Source: Candidatus Pelearchaeum maunauluense
GTDB lineage: Archaea; Thermoproteota; Nitrososphaeria_A; Caldarchaeales; Caldarchaeaceae
Direction of reading: 5' to 3'
Assembly (NCBI GenBank): GCA_030059675.1
Contig: JANVYQ010000002.1
Coordinates: 1 to 64,000 of the forward strand
DNA: 64,000 nucleotides
Shown here: positions 58,987 to 64,000 of the stretch, in pieces
Layout: each line of letters opens with the position of its first letter
How positions within the stretch are numbered: the stretch's first letter is position 1
The notes under the pieces: model-generated
Database searches by the model: none
What the model saw: the letters and a program-made list of their open reading frames with translations, nothing else
Told to the model about the DNA's origin: nothing
Position numbers and translations under genes: made by a program

Positions 58987-60148
58987 GGCTCTCTCAGGCT
59001 CCGAGGCTGTTGCGCTGGCTGTGAAGCAGGCTAACGTGGATGTGGTGGCAGCATACCCGATAACGCCGCAGACAATAATAGTAGAACGCCTCGCAGAATA
59101 CATAAATAACGGCGAGCTGGACGCAGAGTACGTACCCGTAGAGTCGGAGCACTCAGCACTCTCAGAATGCGCGGCAGCCAGCATGACTGGAGCAAGGGTA
59201 TTCACGGCAACGGCAAGCCAGGGACTAGCCCTAATGCATGACATGATGTACATAGCCGCTGGTCTTAGATGTCCTGTTGTAATGGCTGTAGCGAATAGGG
59301 CGTTGTCCGCGCCAATCAACATACACCGCGACCACTCTGATATTATGGGCTCACGCGACTCTGGTTGGGTTCAGATATTCGTGGAGAATAATCAGCAGGC
59401 CTATGACATGACGCTGGAAGCGTTTAAGCTCGCTGAGGACCATGATATTCTCCTTCCCGTGACCGTCAATATGGATGGGTTCTTCGTATCCCACGCCGTT
59501 GAGGGTGTGGAGACGCTGGACGACTCTAGGGCGGCTGGCTTCCTACCTCCTAGAAAGCCGCTCCACTACCTAGACGCATCTAAACCCATGTCATTCGGAG
59601 CGCTGGCATCTCCAGAATGGTACTACAGGATTAGGCATCAAGTGGTGGAGGCGATGGCGAGAGTTGAGCAGAAGCTGGAAGAGGTTGAGCGGGAGTATCT
59701 GCGTGTGTCTAGAAGGAGCTACGGCGCCCTGGGCTTAAGCCAGGTTGAGAATGCGGAGATTGTGATACTGTGTGCGGGTGCTGTTGCTGGTACTGCGCGC
59801 ACAGCTGCTAGACGGCTGAGGGAGAGAGGCGTGAAGGTTGGCGTAGTGAGCGTGAGGCTCTACAGGCCATTCCCAGCAGAAAAGATAATCCACGCTATAT
59901 CCAACGCTGAAGCCCTCTTAGTCATAGACCTAGCCATGAGCCCAGGCGCCCCATCGGCACCGCTTGGACAGGATATTAAAGCGGCGCTCTTTGACGCTGG
60001 CGTTAGGCTGCCCGTATGGAATGTGGTCTGCGGGCTAGGGGGGAGAGATGTCTCCGAGGCTGAGATAGAGAAGCTCGCGACAACCCTCGCAGAAAGCACC
60101 ACAAGCACACCGCGCGAGAGGATAACATACTGGGGTGTAGCTGTATGA
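58979..60148 (+). CDS. porA: 2-oxoacid:ferredoxin oxidoreductase alpha subunit (open frame in a decaying operon)
   Basis: AAYPITPQT, ESEHSA, TATASQGL, NRALSAP, DGFFVSH, RLYRPFP, GLGGRD. Confidence 0.9.
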   Translation: MAKALSGSEAVALAVKQANVDVVAAYPITPQTIIVERLAEYINNGELDAEYVPVESEHSALSECAAASMTGARVFTATASQGLALMHDMMYIAAGLRCPVVMAVANRALSAPINIHRDHSDIMGSRDSGWVQIFVENNQQAYDMTLEAFKLAEDHDILLPVTVNMDGFFVSHAVEGVETLDDSRAAGFLPPRKPLHYLDASKPMSFGALASPEWYYRIRHQVVEAMARVEQKLEEVEREYLRVSRRSYGALGLSQVENAEIVILCAGAVAGTARTAARRLRERGVKVGVVSVRLYRPFPAEKIIHAISNAEALLVIDLAMSPGAPSAPLGQDIKAALFDAGVRLPVWNVVCGLGGRDVSEAEIEKLATTLAESTTSTPRERITYWGVAV

Positions 60149-60207
60149 CTGTAGTTAAAGAGATAGTCTCCGCGAGAGACCTGTATGGAGAGGAGCTTGT
60201 GGCACCA
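60145..60207 (+). pseudogene. porB: Remnant N-terminus of the beta subunit
   Basis: ATGA overlap with porA; MTVVKEIVSARDLYGEELVAP breaks off where GHxxCxGC is expected. Confidence 0.65.
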
Positions 60208-61115
60208 TGCACATCCTTCGACTACGAGGACTACGAGGTCATAGTAGTGGACGACTCAAACGACGAGACGACCAGGAAGCTAGAAGCTTGGAGAGACCAT
60301 CCCAAGGTTAAGATCATACATAGGAGTTGTAGAGAGAGCTGGAAGGGCACGACTTGAATGCAGACGAGAACTGGATAACTAAGGCAACTAACATACTCTT
60401 CGCAACAACATACAAAGTCGAGCTAGAGGCGCGGAGTAGACTGAGGCTATTCATACCTTTGCTGGGAAGCGTATTCATGGTAAGGACAAATATACTGAAG
60501 GACTTGAAGTTTGAACATGACATAACAGAGAACTACAACCTCTCGGTGAGGATGTATCTAAACGGCTATAAAATAGTCTATGACTCGGCCATAGACGCGT
60601 CTGGAGAATGTCCATCAAGGCTACATAGGGTTGCTAGACAGGTTGCGAGATGGGCTGAGGGGACAACGAGGAACTTCAGGAAATATTTCTGGAAGGTGAT
60701 GAGAAGTAACAAGCTTACCATGAGGGAGAAAGCCGAGTTCATGTTATCGGGGCTCTCATACCTCTCCGCTACCCTACTAGTCTTCGCAGTAATAGGTGGA
60801 GTAGTTGTGACGGCCATGATAGATTATGTTCTATCACAGCCACTAACTTACATAAGCGTCATGCTAGCAACGCTGGGCTTGCCAGCAACCATGATAATGC
60901 AAAGCATAGCAATAGCCAAGGAGGGAGAAATCAGAAGACTTACTTGGATACCATACGCTCTAATACTAGGATACCTAATAGCACCAGTATCGGCATACTA
61001 CGCTCTAAAGGGACTAATAAGCAACAACGGAGAATTCCACAGAACATACAAGACAGGACACCTAGTAAACCGTAAATCAGCTGAGATAAGGACCTATTTA
61101 GAATACCCAAAATGA
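60208..61115 (+). pseudogene. Cellulose-synthase-like GT2 glycosyltransferase, 5'-truncated and internally deleted
   Basis: YEVIVVDDS...HR...WKG jumps to HDLNADENWITK in another frame; DxD region missing; ITEN in place of TED; QVARW; FHRTYK. Confidence 0.8.
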
Positions 61116-61190
61116 TAAATAAAGCCATCAGCCATTATAAGTTGCTTCCGTCATGAAGTCAAAATCCGGCATTTATCAGGTGTAGCCTCC

Positions 61191-62027
61191 ATGGGCGAAG
61201 AGGTTACGAAGGCTTACGCAGTAAAGGTCGTCGGCAGGGTGCAGAGGGTTGGCTATAGACGCCTCATTCTTGAGGCCGCTCAAGAGCTCGGCTTGGCTGG
61301 CTACGTTAAGAACGAGAGAGATGGATCGGTCACGGTCTTCGTTCAAGGCAGTGAGGAGAACATAGCGAGATTCCTCAAGTTGATAAAGTCTCCTCCACCG
61401 CCTGCCGTAGTCAAGACATTTACGGAGAAGCTAACCAAGCCTAAGCCCCAGCTCAAAGCCTTCACGATAAAGTTCGGCACAATACAGGAGGAGTTACAGG
61501 AGGGCTTTGGCGCCATGCAGAGTATCTTCATGGACTACTGGGGGGAGTTCAGGGATTACAGACAAGAGTTCAGAGACTTCAGGCAGGAGTTCAGGGGATT
61601 CCTGTCTGACTTCAGCGACTACAGACAGGAATTTAGGGACTTCAGGCAGGAGTTCAGGGATTACAGACAAGAGTTCAGAGACTTCAGGCAGGAGTTCAGG
61701 GGATTCCTGTCTGACTTCAGCGACTACAGACAGGAATTTAGGGACTTCAGGCAGGAGTTCAAAGACTTTAGAGAGGAGCTCAGGGATTATAGGCAGGAAT
61801 TCAAAAGCTTTGCATCGGAGTTTAGAGATTACAGGGAGGAGTTCAGGGAGTTCGCAAAAAGGACGAACGAGAACTTTAAGCTAATCCTCGAGAAATACGG
61901 CGAGATCTCCGATAAGCTAACAGTTATCCTAGACACGCTAGTGAAGGAGTCGAAGGAGACTAGGGATAGGCTCGCCGAAGCAATACAGCTACTAAGACAA
62001 GCAATAGATAAGATCACTAAGGAATAG
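61191..62027 (+). CDS. Acylphosphatase-like domain fused to a heptad-repeat coiled coil
   Basis: VVGRVQRVGYR, GYVKNERDGSV, followed by about 15 EFRD(F/Y)RQ-like heptads. Confidence 0.85.
   Translation: MGEEVTKAYAVKVVGRVQRVGYRRLILEAAQELGLAGYVKNERDGSVTVFVQGSEENIARFLKLIKSPPPPAVVKTFTEKLTKPKPQLKAFTIKFGTIQEELQEGFGAMQSIFMDYWGEFRDYRQEFRDFRQEFRGFLSDFSDYRQEFRDFRQEFRDYRQEFRDFRQEFRGFLSDFSDYRQEFRDFRQEFKDFREELRDYRQEFKSFASEFRDYREEFREFAKRTNENFKLILEKYGEISDKLTVILDTLVKESKETRDRLAEAIQLLRQAIDKITKE
61545..61855 (+). repeat. Coding 21-bp tandem repeat including an exact 105-bp duplication
   Basis: 61545-61649 is identical to 61650-61754; degenerate units continue to about 61855. Confidence 0.92.
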
Positions 62028-62034
62028 ACTTATA

Positions 62035-62250
62035 ATGGTACCAATGCAAAAGACCATTAACCAATTCTTCAAAAACCACGATAATACATTCTATTATTCC
62101 TCAATATTCGGCACGGCCTTGACGTTGCGCTTAATCCCAGAGCTTAAAATTTATCCATTCCCCATAGGCTATGAAACTATAACGTACTATGCTCCTTTCT
62201 TGCAGCACGGCCCGACGAATTTTCAATCCATATTTTGGGATACATTACAT
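62035..62250 (+). pseudogene. N-terminal fragment of a membrane protein (GT-C-like)
   Basis: ALTLRLIPELKIYPFPIGYETITYYAP resembles the first TM and loop of archaeal GT-C-like proteins. The lower-GC sequence switches character near 62250. Confidence 0.4.
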
Positions 62251-62359
62251 ACTGAAGGCCGAGGTGGTCTTAGGGTTCAGCGATTTCTCAGCACTCAAAG
62301 TGAGCGCGCCCCTCCTCAGACTTCCTCCTAAGCGATTCTTCCCAGTCTTTATTGGTTTT

Positions 62360-62581
62360 AACTGGCTCTCCAGTAATGAGGAGATACGAAGATACATTCT
62401 ACAGGTGCTGGTCAATCCTGATCAAGTCCATTATGATGTTGAGAGAGGTGATGTAAGATATTTCCTGCGTAAGGTTAATGATAGGTTTCTCTGCGTAATA
62501 ACTGTGGCCACGGAAGCTGTGACCGCATACCTTATGCGCGAGCGCAAGTACTGTAGATATAAGGAGAGACGATGGCGCTGA
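62360..62581 (+). pseudogene. Possible RelE/BECR-like ribonuclease toxin, apparently lacking its N-terminus
   Basis: ILQVLVNPDQVHYD...YFLRKVNDRFLCVITV...AVTAYL pattern; no convincing start codon. Confidence 0.45.
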
Positions 62582-62751
62582 CGATATTCAGCGAGGCCGA
62601 GAAGGTCAAGGAGCTGGTAGAGAGGCTGGAGGAGCAGAAGAAGGAGCTCGAGGAGAAGGAGAGAAGGCTTGAAGAGGAGAAGTTCCTGGAGATGGCCAGG
62701 GCCTTGGAGAGGATGCAGAAGGAGATAGACAGGCTGGCCAGGGGCGGTTGA
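62572..62751 (+). CDS. 59-aa charged coiled-coil protein, possible antitoxin (not in ORF track)
   Basis: SD AAGGAG, ATG 62572; MALTIFSEAEKVKELVERLEEQKKELEEKERRLEEEKFLEMARALERMQKEIDRLARGG. Confidence 0.65.
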   Translation: MALTIFSEAEKVKELVERLEEQKKELEEKERRLEEEKFLEMARALERMQKEIDRLARGG

Positions 62752-63064
62752 CGCGGCTAGGGCGTCGCACACATCTTTCCATTACCGCAGCGGTAATCGT
62801 TTTTCCTTGCCATTTTTTCACATATTGGGATCGTACCTTCCAAAATCTTGTTCCCACTTTATGGGTTTTGTTCGGCTAGCCGAAAAGAAATTACGATCGG
62901 TCGTAAAATCAAGCTAGCCTTTCCCCTCCTTCTTTGGAGGGGCTATCATCCCCACCTTGGCCAAGCCTTGAAGTATCTTCGTGTTGTAGTACCTCTGGAG
63001 CTGCCCTGGGTGAGCAGGGACATGAGCACGCGGTTGTCCGCTATCATTTCGTCCAGCGCGCTCT

Positions 63065-63413
63065 TCAGCTGATATGCTCCCTAGAGTTAAAACGCCAACG
63101 ATTACGTTTTCACATAATCACTTTTCTTTAGAGCTTCCTCCACCACATCGGGAATCTCCACAACCGCTACAGCCTCATACTTCAAAGCCTCACCTCCTAC
63201 CCCCATCTCTAGGACCGATACTGGATTCACAATTAAGGTTTCCGAAGCATATGGGTGTCAGGCTAATCGTTCTTCCAGTATGCTTTAACACCTGTTCGCT
63301 TGGCAAAGAGCCCCACAACAAGCTCGTCCTAGCACCACCATCGGCGAGGGCATTGTTGGTAGAATAGTTGTTCCTCGTGCAGGTCAACCTAACTACCACC
63401 TTTACAAAACCAT
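63065..63413 (-). pseudogene. Retropepsin-like (clan AA) aspartic protease, multiply frameshifted
   Basis: M|FVKVVVRL...ALADGGARTSLL (degenerate D-T-G-A)...VGGEALKYEAVAVVEIP...|ENVIVG, spread over different frames. Confidence 0.55.
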
Positions 63414-63509
63414 AATCTTACCACCATACTTTAGTAGATTTCTACATACGCTGTCTAGGCATCAACGTTTTATATCCTGGCTTGACCACTATATAGCTGG
63501 GGTAGAGCA

Positions 63510-63995
63510 TTGGAAGCGATCATGGTTACGTTGCCTGAGAGGGTTTTGAGGGAGCTGAGTAAGAAAGCTGAGTCCGAGGGTGGAACTTTGGAGGAGATCC
63601 TTAATGAAGCTGTTCTCAACTACTGCGACGTTAGGGATCCTGAGGTTAGGGCTGAGAGCCACTTAAAGCTTTCCGAGAAGTATCTCAGGGAGTGTGAGGA
63701 ATTCTTAGCGAGGGGGGATTATGCTCAGGCCTCCGAGAAGGCTTGGGGAGCGGCGTCTCAGATGGTGAAGGCGATTGCCGCGAGAAGGGGGATGGAGATA
63801 AGGAGCCACGGGGAGCTACATAGGTTTGTCAAAAGGCTTAGGGAGGAGTTCAGAGATGAACAGGTCTCAACATTTTGGCTATCAGCGGTGTCGCTGCACC
63901 AGAACTTCTACGAAAACTGGCTGCCTGAGGATATGGTTAGAGACGGGGTAGAAAACGTTAAGAAGCTTGTTGAAAGATTAAAGAGGGTTATCTAA
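63510..63995 (+). CDS. PaREP1-family protein (HEPN-like) with N-terminal RHH-like segment
   Basis: GDYAQASEKAWGAASQMVKAIA, SH, LHQNFYE. Confidence 0.88.
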   Translation: MEAIMVTLPERVLRELSKKAESEGGTLEEILNEAVLNYCDVRDPEVRAESHLKLSEKYLRECEEFLARGDYAQASEKAWGAASQMVKAIAARRGMEIRSHGELHRFVKRLREEFRDEQVSTFWLSAVSLHQNFYENWLPEDMVRDGVENVKKLVERLKRVI

Positions 63996-64000
63996 CAAAT

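Noticed and set aside
61545-61855. Short direct repeats resembling a CRISPR array
   Set aside because: The units are contiguous 21-mers with no unique spacers and are in frame within a protein; no cas genes are present.

Overview
Compact archaeal DNA, most likely from a thermophilic TACK-type archaeon. The short eL15 and RpoD and a cbf5 intron suggest a Nitrososphaeria/Aigarchaeota-like lineage (inference). About 52 kb is a rearranged version of the archaeal informational superoperon. It holds the uL22-to-cbf5 ribosomal protein cluster with secY and tRNA-Ser(GGA), RNase P proteins, Tat, KEOPS (kae1, bud32, pcc1), aIF5B, aIF2-gamma, RNA polymerase subunits, gltX, mevalonate genes (mvk, ipk, fni) and enolase. 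Small metabolic and signalling inserts lie between these blocks. The left end carries the tail of a cellulose-synthase-like GT2 gene plus a partner protein that shares its C-terminal domain. The right 6 kb is a decaying accessory region: a por operon fused by deletion to a GT2 pseudogene, an acylphosphatase-heptad-repeat protein, a toxin-antitoxin-like pair, a palindrome cluster, a protease pseudogene and PaREP1. The most notable signals are (1) a 23-nt bulge-helix-bulge intron splitting the catalytic Asp codon of cbf5, (2) three genes (arsR-like, rnp3, bud32) whose conserved N-termini can apparently only start at CTG, (3) local AC-to-GT strand-skew flips centred on intergenic regions and (4) the GT2 plus duplicated-domain module. 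All assignments come from motif recognition by eye; no searches were run.
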